This document shows positions 37,073 through 48,023 of a stretch of DNA of 64,000 nucleotides, piece by piece. The translations under genes were made by a program, and so were the position numbers. The stretch covers positions 1-64,000 of the forward strand of contig JAFCCC010000002.1 in the NCBI GenBank assembly GCA_017610385.1, written 5' to 3'. The first letter of the stretch is position 1. Every line of letters starts with the position of its first letter. The notes beneath the pieces are model-generated. The model searched no databases and was not told the origin of the DNA. It saw nothing but the letters and a program-made list of their open reading frames with translations. This DNA is from Candidatus Nanohalarchaeota archaeon. Lineage in GTDB: Archaea; Nanohalarchaeota; Nanosalinia; Nanosalinales; JAFCCC01.

Positions 37073-37314
37073 ATAAAATTATCAATATATTCTTCCACCC
37101 GCAAGATTATTTCATTTTCTTTTTTAGAAAAAAAGAAACAAAAAAGGCGGCGACACTCCAATACAAAATACAAAAATTTACCCTACGACTTTGATTTTTT
37201 CGGACTTTGTTCCAACGTTGCATATAACACTAAAAATTAAACGAAAAATTGGAAAATTTTTAAGTATAGTATACATTACGTAACTTTTTATTGTTTTAAA
37301 TCAGATTAAAAATC

Positions 37315-37803
37315 ATGTCATACGCCAAAATAGAATGTGATTTAGCTGAATCAGCATTATTTCTTGCAGATTTAATCGAAAGGGTTCCAAAGATAAATAA
37401 AGTGAATGTACAGTATACTTTACCTCCAAATGCCTTGGGTATTATAGGCCCTGTAGGAAATCTTACATTCGTTGAAGACCCAGCAACAAACAGAGGTATT
37501 ATTGACATAAAATCCATAAAAGGGCAAGAAAAGAAGGTGAGCCGTCTCTTTCGAGAAGGATATGAAAACGAATGGCTTACTGGCATATATTATTTTATGG
37601 TAGATTGTTCTTATGTTGAGCCAGAAAACACTTCTAAAGGTCTTCATACTATTTCATTTCAAGGTCATGAAAAGAAATTGACAATACATGGTTATGGACT
37701 GTCAGAAAAGTCTCTTTCCAGATATTTGGAAAATTTAGGCGTATTTAGTATTTTAGAGGAACTGAATCCTAAAAAAGAAGAACCTGAATGGATTCTTCTT
37801 TAA
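37315..37803 (+). CDS. hypothetical protein (ORFan-like)
   Basis: 162-aa ORF with AT-rich TATA-like element upstream. Confidence 0.7.
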   Translation: MSYAKIECDLAESALFLADLIERVPKINKVNVQYTLPPNALGIIGPVGNLTFVEDPATNRGIIDIKSIKGQEKKVSRLFREGYENEWLTGIYYFMVDCSYVEPENTSKGLHTISFQGHEKKLTIHGYGLSEKSLSRYLENLGVFSILEELNPKKEEPEWILL

Positions 37804-37829
37804 CAAACTTATTTTTCAATAGGGATACA

Positions 37830-37869
37830 ATAATGTTTTATTTAATCGATAATGTTTTATTTAATCGAT
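37830..37869. repeat. perfect 19-bp tandem duplication
   Basis: ataatgttttatttaatcg x2, shortly after the stop at 37803. Confidence 0.9.
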
Positions 37870-38051
37870 CAAAAATCTTCAAGGTCTGATCTCTAAATTG
37901 TATGCATCTAAAAGTAGTTTATTTAAATGCGGGTTTAGTTTATTTAAATAATGATTTCAGTTTAGTTAAAGGAAAGTTATTCCATTTATTCATTATATTT
38001 CAATCAGTCAACTATAAAAAGAATTACTACTCAATAGGAACATGGGTACCC

Positions 38052-39302
38052 ATGAAGTCATTTAATGTCAGTTTGTTATTTGTACTCTTTATTACTCTAT
38101 TTGGTTTAATCATAGGTAGTTTAGTTACTGCGTTTCCACCGATTCCGTATATTGTTCATGGAAATGTTTATTCTGATGGAAATTTAGTTCCGAAGGGAGC
38201 AGAGATAACTGCCCTAACTTCTGATAGCACACTATGCGGAACAGCTATTATGCCTGCAGATGGAGAATATTGGATTTATGTTAATGGAGATGACTCTGAA
38301 ACAACAGAAGAAGAGGGTGCAAATGAAGGGGATGTAATTAAATTTATGTATGCTGGCAAATATGCGATTGAGACGATTGTATGGAAATCTGGGAAGTTCA
38401 ATTATTCGTTTAACTTAAATTTTAATTCTAATAGTTGTTCTGATTGTGATAATGATGGTTATGATCAGACAGTAGATTGCAAAGATGATAATCCTCAAAT
38501 TCATCCGGGTGCTCCAGAACTTTGTAATAATATAGATGATAATTGTGATGGCTCTATTGATGAAGAATTAACAAGAGTTTGCGGAAGCAGCGTTGGAGAA
38601 TGCGAACAAGGAACTCAAACATGTTCTTCGGGTGTTTGGAGCGCATGTACGGGGGAAATTACACCCAAAACAGAAGAATGTAATAATGTTGATGATGATT
38701 GTGATGGAGTAATTGATGAAGGCTGCTCAACGGGCGGTGGAAATTCTAATGGAGGCACTGGTGGTTCTACTAATGGCGGAACAACTTCTAATACTACAAA
38801 TAATTCAGATGAGAATACAAATACTCAGGAAAATCAAAATAATGCCTCTGGAACTCAACCAGATAATTCTTCCAATGCAGTAAATGAAAGCAATAATGAA
38901 ATTAATGAACCAGAACCATGTAAAGAAGCTTGGAGTTGTTCTGGTTGGACTTCTTGCATAGAAGGATTACAGACAAGAACGTGCATTGACTTTAATGATT
39001 GCGGCACAGAAAAAAATAAACCTGGGGAAGAATTAATTTGTGGATGTAGACCTCATTGGTTCTGTAAACCCTGGTCTAAGTGCATAAACGGTACACAAGA
39101 AAGATTTTGTTTGGATGGACAGGAATGTAATAATAATACGGCATTAGACCAAAAAACACAAACAAGAAATTGTTCGATTCTAACTCAGGATTTAGGGCCT
39201 GTGATTACAGGAAACACAGTTTGGAAAGAAGAATGGACTGTGGGAATTATTTTCGGAGCAATTTCTATCTTAGCGTTCGTATTCTTTAAATGGTTAAGAT
39301 AA
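38052..39302 (+). CDS. membrane-anchored Cys-rich surface protein (MopE-type putative metal-binding motif, WxCxxW repeats)
   Basis: Signal peptide from ATG 38052; N-domain PPIPYIVHG...VNGDD...EGA..GD.I.F; DCKDDNPQIHPGAPELCNNIDDNCDG; C.EAWSCSGWTSC; ITGN then TM. Confidence 0.85.
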   Translation: MKSFNVSLLFVLFITLFGLIIGSLVTAFPPIPYIVHGNVYSDGNLVPKGAEITALTSDSTLCGTAIMPADGEYWIYVNGDDSETTEEEGANEGDVIKFMYAGKYAIETIVWKSGKFNYSFNLNFNSNSCSDCDNDGYDQTVDCKDDNPQIHPGAPELCNNIDDNCDGSIDEELTRVCGSSVGECEQGTQTCSSGVWSACTGEITPKTEECNNVDDDCDGVIDEGCSTGGGNSNGGTGGSTNGGTTSNTTNNSDENTNTQENQNNASGTQPDNSSNAVNESNNEINEPEPCKEAWSCSGWTSCIEGLQTRTCIDFNDCGTEKNKPGEELICGCRPHWFCKPWSKCINGTQERFCLDGQECNNNTALDQKTQTRNCSILTQDLGPVITGNTVWKEEWTVGIIFGAISILAFVFFKWLR

Positions 39303-39456
39303 ATATTCTTTAATATTTAGAATTCTTTAATAATTAGAGTAAGATTAAACTATTAATTGAACTTGGTTGAACTATTTGCTATATCTGTATTTACTTTTTT
39401 GAATTATTGAAGCGATCTTAGTTAATTATTTGAACTATTGAGTTTAAGTTTAATTC

Positions 39457-40233
39457 ATGTTCGAGATTTTGTGGTTAAGAGAAGAACTCAAAAACAAATA
39501 TTTTCATGTATTTTTATTTGCAATATTTTTTAGTACTATTTCAATTATAATTACACAGAAATTCCTAAATTTTTATAATGGATTAGTTGCTGTTTTTATA
39601 ATTTCTTTGGCTGCAGCATATCCTTTAATTAGATATATGAAAGTGGAAGAAGGAGAGGAAGTCACTTTAGTCAAAAAATTCTCTGAAAAGAATATTTTAA
39701 GGAGGCATGGACGAGAGCTCGCATTATATTTATCATTTTTTATGGGGGTTTTGATTGTTTTTATTGTTGCGACGATTCTCCTGCCTGACGGATTCTTTAA
39801 AATTCAACAAGAAACAATAGGAGTTATTCTTTCTGGAAGTGCAACTCATGGTGAGTTTTTTTGGAGCATTTTATCTAATAATCTTAGGGTATTTGGAATA
39901 ACCTTTTTAATCAGTTTTTTTATTTCTGCTGGAATGATTTTTATTTTGGTTTGGAATGCGTCAATTCTTGGGGTTTTTTTAGCTAGTCAAGCAAGGGGCA
40001 TTGCTCACATACCTGTATTTAGCCTGGGTTATCTGCCTCATGGTTTGTTGGAAATCAGTGCGTATATCTTAGCGGGTTTAGCTGGCGCTTTAATTTCATA
40101 TAATGTTCCCAATTTAGGAATTAAAAAGTTTAGAAGAGATTTGTTCCCTAAAATTTTACTTGATGCGTGTGTAATTGCGATAATTGGACTGGCGTTTGTT
40201 TTAATTGGAGCTGTAGTAGAGGTATTTTTTTAG
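39457..40233 (+). CDS. stage II sporulation protein M (SpoIIM)-family membrane protein
   Basis: ILSNNLRV, ILVWNASILG, LPHGLLEISAYILAGLAG, IGAVVE. Confidence 0.9.
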   Translation: MFEILWLREELKNKYFHVFLFAIFFSTISIIITQKFLNFYNGLVAVFIISLAAAYPLIRYMKVEEGEEVTLVKKFSEKNILRRHGRELALYLSFFMGVLIVFIVATILLPDGFFKIQQETIGVILSGSATHGEFFWSILSNNLRVFGITFLISFFISAGMIFILVWNASILGVFLASQARGIAHIPVFSLGYLPHGLLEISAYILAGLAGALISYNVPNLGIKKFRRDLFPKILLDACVIAIIGLAFVLIGAVVEVFF

Positions 40234-40248
40234 CAATCTAATTGCACT

Positions 40249-40527
40249 TCATATAGACACATTATTATACCACGTGCCATAACTATTTCCAATTGCAATA
40301 TTATTTTCTGGAGTAAGTTCTCGAACATAATTTAAGAACTGTCTGACGACCTCTATTTTCTCATCAGGCATTTTTTCTACTAATTCGTGATAGGTTAGTT
40401 CACTTCCCCTAAGGATATAAGGAATTTCTTCTGGTATTTTTTCTCCCATCTGTAAAATGCATTCATACCAGTTAAATCTGTTTTTTTCTGTAAGAACGAC
40501 CTTCCAAAAAATTTGTTCATCTCCCAT
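40249..40527 (-). CDS. hypothetical protein (92 aa)
   Basis: Translationally coupled (TAATG overlap) to the giant surface protein. Confidence 0.55.
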   Translation of the reverse strand: MGDEQIFWKVVLTEKNRFNWYECILQMGEKIPEEIPYILRGSELTYHELVEKMPDEKIEVVRQFLNYVRELTPENNIAIGNSYGTWYNNVSI

Positions 40528-43500
40528 TAAATCACTAACTCTATTTCATTAACTGCATTAAACCAATAACCCGTTCCAGGAGTTAATATTGTTAAATCGC
40601 TCATTGTTGGGAACATTGGAGAATAAGTCTTCCAACCCGTTGGGGTGTATGCCATTATTAAACTATAATCAGCATCTGTTAATCCATTAAGCACTTCTGT
40701 CGTATTTCGTTCGTTCATGCTTGGATATCCAATTAAATTCCAGCCAGGAACAACAGAAATTGTAGTATTATTTACATGTGTTCCGTTAATTTGCAAAATT
40801 GCATTATTAGTCATATGTATCCAATATCCCACTCCTGGTTTAACTGTTTTTAAATCACTAAAGGTTGGGAAAACCGGACTGTATGTTTTCCAAGATCCGT
40901 TTCCATAACTCAAAATACTATCAAAATCACTATTTATTCCCGAGAACACTGTATTAAGTGAATTGTTTAGTGGGCTTAATGGAATTGAGATTAAATTCCA
41001 ACCATTAGTTAGGTTTAATTCGAAAGTAATCGTGGTGCTTTCTTGTTCTAACCCTTTAATTTCTGGATTTGGTATGTGATTTCCTATCCAATCATTTTGT
41101 GTATCTGTATCTCTTATTTTGGGGTATCTTTGAATAGAAAATCCTTTGTCTGAAGAAATTGCCCATGCGGGATAAGAATTATTATATCCTGATTCCCACG
41201 CGACAAAGTCAATTTCACTTCCATTATTTTTCAAAGCTAAGCTATCTCCATCATTATTCAGATTTAAAGTTAAATCACTTAGATCTGGATCAAATCCATA
41301 AAGCGCATTAAATCCTTCTTGATCTTTTGCAATAACTAAATTCTCTTTTCCATTTAACGTAATATTTTCTGGAAGGGTGTATATCTTTGAATTATCCTCT
41401 AGGGTCCATGAGTCTAGAGAAACTTCTGATTCTGTTGGATTATATAATTCAATCCATTCTTCTTCTGAATCAGTTCCTTCTGTATCATAATAAACTTCTG
41501 TTATTAAAATGTGATTACTTACATTATTGACACAAGATTCTGAGAATTCACAAGTCTCTGTACAAACATTGTTCGAACAGACACCAACTGTTTCATTTAA
41601 TGCGCAAGTATTTTCAATGCTTTCAGGGTAACTGGCCCAATCAAATTCTCCACAAGTTCCTAATCCGCAGCCTTCAGCAGGACATGTTGTGACGTCACAA
41701 TTGGAATCTTGAGCTGTACAAATAGGCATGCTTTCTGGCTCACAAATCATTTCCGCGCAACCTGAACAAGGATTTACACATCCATTGCAATCATAACCTT
41801 CGTCTAAAGGACACATATCATGTATATCGGGAGTGCTATCATTATCTGAATCTGGAAGAATCGCACAACTTTGGTTAAATTCAGAGCTTGTTGAATCACA
41901 AGAATATTCTATACACATACCTAAAGAACAGAAGTCATACCCATTGTTAGGATAAACAGTCCAATTTTCACTAACACATTGTGCTTGTGGGCAGGTTCTT
42001 AGAGAACCACAAATTATTCCATTTGTATCTCTATTTTGTGTTTCATTTTCATATTGTGTAGTTGCAGCATTTGTTGTACAGTATGATTCAGTTGTTCCCG
42101 CATTTACGCAAACGTGTTCTGTTACCGTTCGTTCTCTCTCACAATTTGCATCTAAATCACAAACACCAGACCAATTACAAGACCATTCGCTCCAATAACC
42201 ATATTCATAAGTTCCAGAATAACAATCTTCTGGACTATAACAGTTAATTATTTCTGGAATTTCATATGTACAAGAATAAACACTTAAATCATGATAAAGA
42301 AGCTTTCCTGCACTTTGTGAAAATGTTGCGAATGAAATAGTACAATTATCTCCTTCAATTGAGCATGCTGGGCAACTACAATCTTGAATTAAGTCATTTA
42401 AAACTGGACCCAAATTTCCCAAATACGTTGTTCCATCATATTCCCCAATATACATCCACTCCGAGTCACCTTTATTCCCTGTATCTAAAATAGGATTTGT
42501 TGGGTAAGACTGCAAAATATCTCGCGCAATTTCAATATAAACATTAGAAATATTGATTATGTCTACAGAATAATATTCTCCATGACCTACATTTGCTACA
42601 TTCATCATGGTCTGATAATCTGCTTGATTTCCATATGCAATAGCATATACTGAAATTCCATAAGTTTCCCAAGCATCTCTGGCTATTTCTATTGTTTCAT
42701 TAATAGCTTGCTCTTGACTACAGAACGCTCCACTTAAACACCTGTTGGCCATTCCATCACTCATTAAAATAACAGCTTTTTTCATGTTTGTTCCTTGATT
42801 GACTAGGTTAATTGCTTCATTTAGACCGCAAGAAATGCATGTTTGACCATAAACAGAGTAATCTACGATTTGATCAAGTAAAGAATTTTGATCATTGGAT
42901 AATTCATGACTATTAATTACACCATAACTATAACTGGTTAAACCTAATCTATTATTAGGATAATTCAAAACAGTTTCAACAAAATCACTGTCTGCTTCTC
43001 TTGCTTTAGTTATTTTTTCTCCAGCCATGCTCGCAGATCGATCAGTAACCAAAACAATGTCAACTGTTTTGTCTGATGTGTATGGCACTGAATTTCCATC
43101 AAGTTCTACACTAGCGCCTGTGATACCGACATCTCTTGGAATCGTAACTTTTACAGTTGTATCTGCGCCACCGCCATTTGGGAATTCTATTTCTCGTTCA
43201 GAATAACCACCATAGAATTTATTAGTCAAAAGTTCATTTCCAGTACATTCTAAGCAGCCATAAGTAGAATCGCAAATCATTCCTTCTTCTAAATTACAAC
43301 TATTAATATTACATCCATTTGCTTCACAAGTTCTTTCACCATAATAGCACATATCATTAGTTATTGTTCCTGGAGTAGGGCAAGTTTCTCCTTCATAACT
43401 GCACGAACAGTCTGATAAACAATTTGCGTTATAATAGCATTGATCATTAAAGAGATATGGTTGACAGTTTGAATTTACTTCGCATTCTGCGCCACAGCTT

Positions 43501-46500
43501 AATGAGCAATCCCCTGGTGTTTCAACTAGACCATAATTACAGCCATTTTCTGGATTCAAATAATCACAGGAATTTGCATTACAATAATAATCTCTTGTTC
43601 CAGCCTTGTTATTAATACAAATAAAATCATCATCCATAAAATCATAATTTATTACTTGCGTTTGATTTCCTGCACATTGAGTTCCACTGTTTTCTGTACA
43701 AAAATGTACGGAATAAACACAATTTGGGTCAGCTCCAAATCCTGGCGTATTTCCACCGCCAGACCAAGAGTCAGCTGGACAGCTTTGATTTAGTGTGATT
43801 TGGTAATCGCAAGCGCCGTTTTCACAATAATAATCCCTATTTTCCATATCTAAGAAATTAGAAGTACAATATAACCCATCGTCTGTATTGCAATCTTCTT
43901 CAAATTCAGGAGTGGTATATTCGGTACTTTCAACACAAGCATCAGTTATACAAGAGAAATTATGTAACAATTTTTGTTTTACAACAGCATCATTATCACA
44001 AACTAATTCATAAGGGTCATAATAATTTAAATCAGTACAATTTTGAGTGGTATAATCGCAATTAAATGTTGTAGGATTACAAGTCCCATTTTCTTTTAGA
44101 ATATTTCCTTCACAATTAGTTACACAGTAACCATTCACAGGATTTGTGTTTACAAGTTCGCATGTTGCATTATTGTTTTCTACACAAGCATAATCTGCAA
44201 TACCGCATTCATTAATTAACTCTCCATCTAATTCATTACAATTCTGAACGATACTGTCTTGTTGATATGATGTACTATCTTCGCAACCAGTTAAAGTACA
44301 GTAAAAGTCGTGATAAAGTTTTTTTGTTCGTAATTCTGCGCCCGTACAATAATATTCTGATTCATTGTAATAATTATTGTCATCACAGGTTTCTTGGGCA
44401 TATTCACAACCATTGGCGGTACAGACTCCTTGAGAATACCAAACTCCATTATTACAATGTGTTTGTAGGTCACAAGAATCTATGAATTGGCAGGTTTGAG
44501 TATTACAATTGCTAGAACATACTCCATTTTCTTCTGAGTAATCTAAAATTCCGGGTTCGCATTCTTCTCCTTCTTCTATTATTCCATTTCCGCAAATAAC
44601 TGGAGGTTTGTACAGACAATTGTAAGTACAATTTCCTTCAAAAGGATTCATTTCATCGCATTGACTATCCGCAGCACATCCAGAATAATTTGATTCACAA
44701 TTTAACTCAACTAATTGACAATTCGAGTCACAAGCATCTTGTAAATAGTCATGACCACCTAAATTACAACTTTCAAAATTGGTATTTGGTGCAAAGCCTT
44801 CGCAGGCAGGACTTGCGCTACACAAATATATGCACTCATTTACGTTTTCATAGTGCATTCGATCTAATGCACATTGTTTGTATGTTGCATTTGAATTACA
44901 TAAGAATTCGTGTCCGTCCCCCCATTCTCCGTCTTGATCACACAAGCAACCTTCGTCTATTTCACCATCACAATCATTATCTTTGTGATCACAGAGTTCG
45001 GGAGCACCAGGATAGATTTCTGGATCCGAATCATCACAATCATTATCACATTCAATATCAAAAGTATCATTATCCAAATCTGTTATAATTTCATTAAAAG
45101 AAGTACATTGGTTTTCAGTACAAGAACAACCTAAGCAGGTGTTCTCAACATCAGAGTAATCTCTAAATGTGCCATTGTAACACTGATCGTTTTGATCGCA
45201 TTCTGTGGCAGTACAGTCAGAATCAGTACTACATTCCGCATTACATAATCCCGAACACTCTGTAATTGATGTATCATTTACATAGGTAACATTTTCTTTA
45301 CAGCCAGTTAAAGAGCAGGAGAAATCATGAAATGCTCTATGCACTTTAAAATTATAATTATCGCAATAACCAGTATAATTTTCATAATAATCTAAATCAT
45401 TACAATTGAATGAGTCAAACGTGGTTCCTGTTCCAGAACAATTTGCATTATGGTGCCATACTTCATCTACACAGTAATTGCTCATATTATTTGTTTGAGT
45501 AAACCAGCAAGTCAGGTTTAAATCGCAGCCGAAATAGCATGTTGAATCATCAATGTAGAAATCAGTCGTCTGATCACAAATCGCATCACAAGCTCCTTCT
45601 GCACACTGAGTTGTTGTTTGTGGTTCTTCGCAAGTTACGGGATTTTCAGTACAAAAACAAGAATCACAGGTATTTTCTGTTGAATTTGTAATTGTTAGAT
45701 TATCTAATATTCCATTGATGTTATATTCTGTTAATTTATTGCCTGTACAATAATCTACAAAAGTTTCTGAACAAGTTGTTGCATTGCAATTGCCATCTAA
45801 TTCACATCCTGCGCCACAGAAAAATTCACATCCAACATTTTCTAAACTTTTTGCATGTCCACAACCATTTTCTGGATTTTGAGAATCACAAGAGCTTAAA
45901 TTACAATAATAATCAAGCCAATAATTTTCATAATCCAAGCAAAGGTCATTATTGTCCCAAATTAAATCAAAATCTGCCTCATTTGTTATTGAGGAATCAC
46001 AATAATCATTTGTTCCATTCTCTGTACAAAAATAATCTGTGTAAACACAAGAAGGGTCCTCGCCGAATCCTGGTGTGTTTCCGCCACCACTCCATTCATT
46101 TATTCCACATTGAGTTTCATTTATAATTTCATAATTTGATGTTCCGGTTTCAGTACAATAATAATCTCGCGTTTGAACGCTTTCATTTCCTTCACAATAT
46201 GTTCCGTCATAAATATTATAATTATGAGATTCTGGAACTGTGTAAATACAATTTCCAGTGTTATTTTGTATTTCACAAGTATATTCTCTGTATTCGCAAA
46301 CTGGATCATTAAAGCCCGTTAAATCCCCGTAATTATACCAGTTGTCTTGGGTACCACAATCGTCTAATCTTGCGTGGTTGGTATAATAAGTAGTTTCTAA
46401 ACATCCTCCCACAGAACATGTAAATTCATGGGATAGTCTTTTTTCCCATATTTCACTTCCATTACAATATTGTTCAAAAGGCTCGTAATAATCTAATTCA

Positions 46501-47834
46501 GTACAATTTTCTGTTGTAAATGAACAGCCTGTTTCATTGCAACCACCAGTGAAATGTCTTACATTATCTTCACAATAAGGATTAATTGAACAATTATAAT
46601 CAAACAAACAGGTTATAGGGTTACAGGCATAACTGCACACCTCATTTTGTAAAATATAATCTAAATAAGTTGGTTCACATTCTTCATTAGACCCAATTAT
46701 TCCGTCTCCACAGATGCTACACTGCGGTCCACATTGATAACTGTTATTTTCTAATATTTCTTCATCAACCCAATAGGGGTTATCAATACATTCATTGGGG
46801 CTGCATGAATAATCGTGATAAAGTCTATGTTGCTTTAGGGTGCAATCATCACAGTAGGTCTCAAGGTCATCATAATAATTTAAAGTGGAACAATCTTCTG
46901 TTTCAAATGAACAACCTGCATCGCTGCATTCACCACCATAATTTCGAATATTTCCATCACAAAACGGTTCAAGAGAACATGAATCTTGATAAGTACAGGA
47001 ATTAAGTGCGTCGCAGTTATAATTGCAGGTGTTTTCAGTAATTAAGTAATTATTTGGTCCATCACAAGTTGCACCACACGAATCAATATGACATTGATAT
47101 GATTCAAAATCACATCCGTCAGTATTAGCACAATGAGTCCCCAACGGATTTGTACGATTTCCATAACATTCTTCACACCAGTCACAAGAAGGATTTGAAG
47201 TACAAGTATCTTCTCCAACACAAGTATAACATGCGTTATGATAATCTATGACTAAATGAGGTTTTTTGTTGTTATTCGTTGTTCCTTCTGTGCTATAATA
47301 TTTTTTATAGTTCATATAGCTGTTTTCATTTGTTCTTTTAACCGCTAAACTTAGTGTACTATCTGATTGGTATTCTTGAATTGTTGCATCGGTTACTGGC
47401 CACATTTGACTGCCTGTAGTACACTGAGAATTTTGGGAGATATATTGGAAATTTGTGGGAGCATTATTCCATGTAATTGATCCTTCATTCCAGTTATCAG
47501 AAACTAAATTTGTCTCATAGGGGTAAAGGGAAGAACAAGACGTTGTTGATATTAGATACATGTAAAAATTTGAAGAGTCTATTGCAACACAAGCTGGAAT
47601 TTGGTTTAAATTGAATTTCAAATATGTTCTGTAATGGTAATTTGAGCAGCTACCCCACCCAGAGTATAAATAAGAGGAAGAACCGTAATTATTGTTCTGA
47701 TTTGACGTTCCATAACCATAAACATAGGAATCATCCGTAGGATAAATAGTTGTTGTTGTAGCAAACACTTTTGTGAATGGTGCTACTAACGCTAAGAACA
47801 ATATTGAAAAAATTATAATTTTAAATAATTTCAT
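40527..47834 (-). CDS. giant (~2,435 aa) secreted Cys-rich adhesin-like protein: DNRLRE/CBM96-like, Cys repeats, vWA, lamin-tail, GWNL repeats
   Basis: ATG 47834 with GGAAGG SD-like site and signal peptide; PTDDSYV...RTYLKF...WNEGSITWNN; CGDGII..EECEP repeats; MopE-type motif; vWA MIDAS DRSASM and MSDG; LTD ILITEVYYD...EWIELYNP; two GWNLI...GYW repeats; no C-terminal TM. Confidence 0.9.
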   Translation of the reverse strand: MKLFKIIIFSILFLALVAPFTKVFATTTTIYPTDDSYVYGYGTSNQNNNYGSSSYLYSGWGSCSNYHYRTYLKFNLNQIPACVAIDSSNFYMYLISTTSCSSLYPYETNLVSDNWNEGSITWNNAPTNFQYISQNSQCTTGSQMWPVTDATIQEYQSDSTLSLAVKRTNENSYMNYKKYYSTEGTTNNNKKPHLVIDYHNACYTCVGEDTCTSNPSCDWCEECYGNRTNPLGTHCANTDGCDFESYQCHIDSCGATCDGPNNYLITENTCNYNCDALNSCTYQDSCSLEPFCDGNIRNYGGECSDAGCSFETEDCSTLNYYDDLETYCDDCTLKQHRLYHDYSCSPNECIDNPYWVDEEILENNSYQCGPQCSICGDGIIGSNEECEPTYLDYILQNEVCSYACNPITCLFDYNCSINPYCEDNVRHFTGGCNETGCSFTTENCTELDYYEPFEQYCNGSEIWEKRLSHEFTCSVGGCLETTYYTNHARLDDCGTQDNWYNYGDLTGFNDPVCEYREYTCEIQNNTGNCIYTVPESHNYNIYDGTYCEGNESVQTRDYYCTETGTSNYEIINETQCGINEWSGGGNTPGFGEDPSCVYTDYFCTENGTNDYCDSSITNEADFDLIWDNNDLCLDYENYWLDYYCNLSSCDSQNPENGCGHAKSLENVGCEFFCGAGCELDGNCNATTCSETFVDYCTGNKLTEYNINGILDNLTITNSTENTCDSCFCTENPVTCEEPQTTTQCAEGACDAICDQTTDFYIDDSTCYFGCDLNLTCWFTQTNNMSNYCVDEVWHHNANCSGTGTTFDSFNCNDLDYYENYTGYCDNYNFKVHRAFHDFSCSLTGCKENVTYVNDTSITECSGLCNAECSTDSDCTATECDQNDQCYNGTFRDYSDVENTCLGCSCTENQCTSFNEIITDLDNDTFDIECDNDCDDSDPEIYPGAPELCDHKDNDCDGEIDEGCLCDQDGEWGDGHEFLCNSNATYKQCALDRMHYENVNECIYLCSASPACEGFAPNTNFESCNLGGHDYLQDACDSNCQLVELNCESNYSGCAADSQCDEMNPFEGNCTYNCLYKPPVICGNGIIEEGEECEPGILDYSEENGVCSSNCNTQTCQFIDSCDLQTHCNNGVWYSQGVCTANGCEYAQETCDDNNYYNESEYYCTGAELRTKKLYHDFYCTLTGCEDSTSYQQDSIVQNCNELDGELINECGIADYACVENNNATCELVNTNPVNGYCVTNCEGNILKENGTCNPTTFNCDYTTQNCTDLNYYDPYELVCDNDAVVKQKLLHNFSCITDACVESTEYTTPEFEEDCNTDDGLYCTSNFLDMENRDYYCENGACDYQITLNQSCPADSWSGGGNTPGFGADPNCVYSVHFCTENSGTQCAGNQTQVINYDFMDDDFICINNKAGTRDYYCNANSCDYLNPENGCNYGLVETPGDCSLSCGAECEVNSNCQPYLFNDQCYYNANCLSDCSCSYEGETCPTPGTITNDMCYYGERTCEANGCNINSCNLEEGMICDSTYGCLECTGNELLTNKFYGGYSEREIEFPNGGGADTTVKVTIPRDVGITGASVELDGNSVPYTSDKTVDIVLVTDRSASMAGEKITKAREADSDFVETVLNYPNNRLGLTSYSYGVINSHELSNDQNSLLDQIVDYSVYGQTCISCGLNEAINLVNQGTNMKKAVILMSDGMANRCLSGAFCSQEQAINETIEIARDAWETYGISVYAIAYGNQADYQTMMNVANVGHGEYYSVDIINISNVYIEIARDILQSYPTNPILDTGNKGDSEWMYIGEYDGTTYLGNLGPVLNDLIQDCSCPACSIEGDNCTISFATFSQSAGKLLYHDLSVYSCTYEIPEIINCYSPEDCYSGTYEYGYWSEWSCNWSGVCDLDANCERERTVTEHVCVNAGTTESYCTTNAATTQYENETQNRDTNGIICGSLRTCPQAQCVSENWTVYPNNGYDFCSLGMCIEYSCDSTSSEFNQSCAILPDSDNDSTPDIHDMCPLDEGYDCNGCVNPCSGCAEMICEPESMPICTAQDSNCDVTTCPAEGCGLGTCGEFDWASYPESIENTCALNETVGVCSNNVCTETCEFSESCVNNVSNHILITEVYYDTEGTDSEEEWIELYNPTESEVSLDSWTLEDNSKIYTLPENITLNGKENLVIAKDQEGFNALYGFDPDLSDLTLNLNNDGDSLALKNNGSEIDFVAWESGYNNSYPAWAISSDKGFSIQRYPKIRDTDTQNDWIGNHIPNPEIKGLEQESTTITFELNLTNGWNLISIPLSPLNNSLNTVFSGINSDFDSILSYGNGSWKTYSPVFPTFSDLKTVKPGVGYWIHMTNNAILQINGTHVNNTTISVVPGWNLIGYPSMNERNTTEVLNGLTDADYSLIMAYTPTGWKTYSPMFPTMSDLTILTPGTGYWFNAVNEIELVI

Positions 47835-47981
47835 GTACCTTCCTCTACAATTCCCGCCCCCCAGGAGAAGTATTCTAAGATGGACTGAGTTATTAATTTT
47901 TATATATCTTAGTAATAGCCAATACAGGTGTAATGCCCTAAGAAAGAGGGTGTATCCCAAAAAAGAGGGGAGGTATTTTAG

Positions 47982-48017
47982 TATTAGAACTTCTTTTTTA
48001 TTATTAGAACTTCTTTT
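47982..48017. repeat. 16-bp direct repeat, 20-bp period
   Basis: tattagaacttctttt at 47982 and 48002, just downstream of the stop at 48024. Confidence 0.8.
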
Positions 48018-48023
48018 AAGAAA

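Noticed and set aside
47835-47960. Long N-terminal extensions in the ORF track (also 37902, 58039, 16554, 31837, 7643)
   Set aside because: Downstream ATGs give proper signal peptides or family N-termini with SD or TATA support; the extensions run through AT-rich promoter DNA
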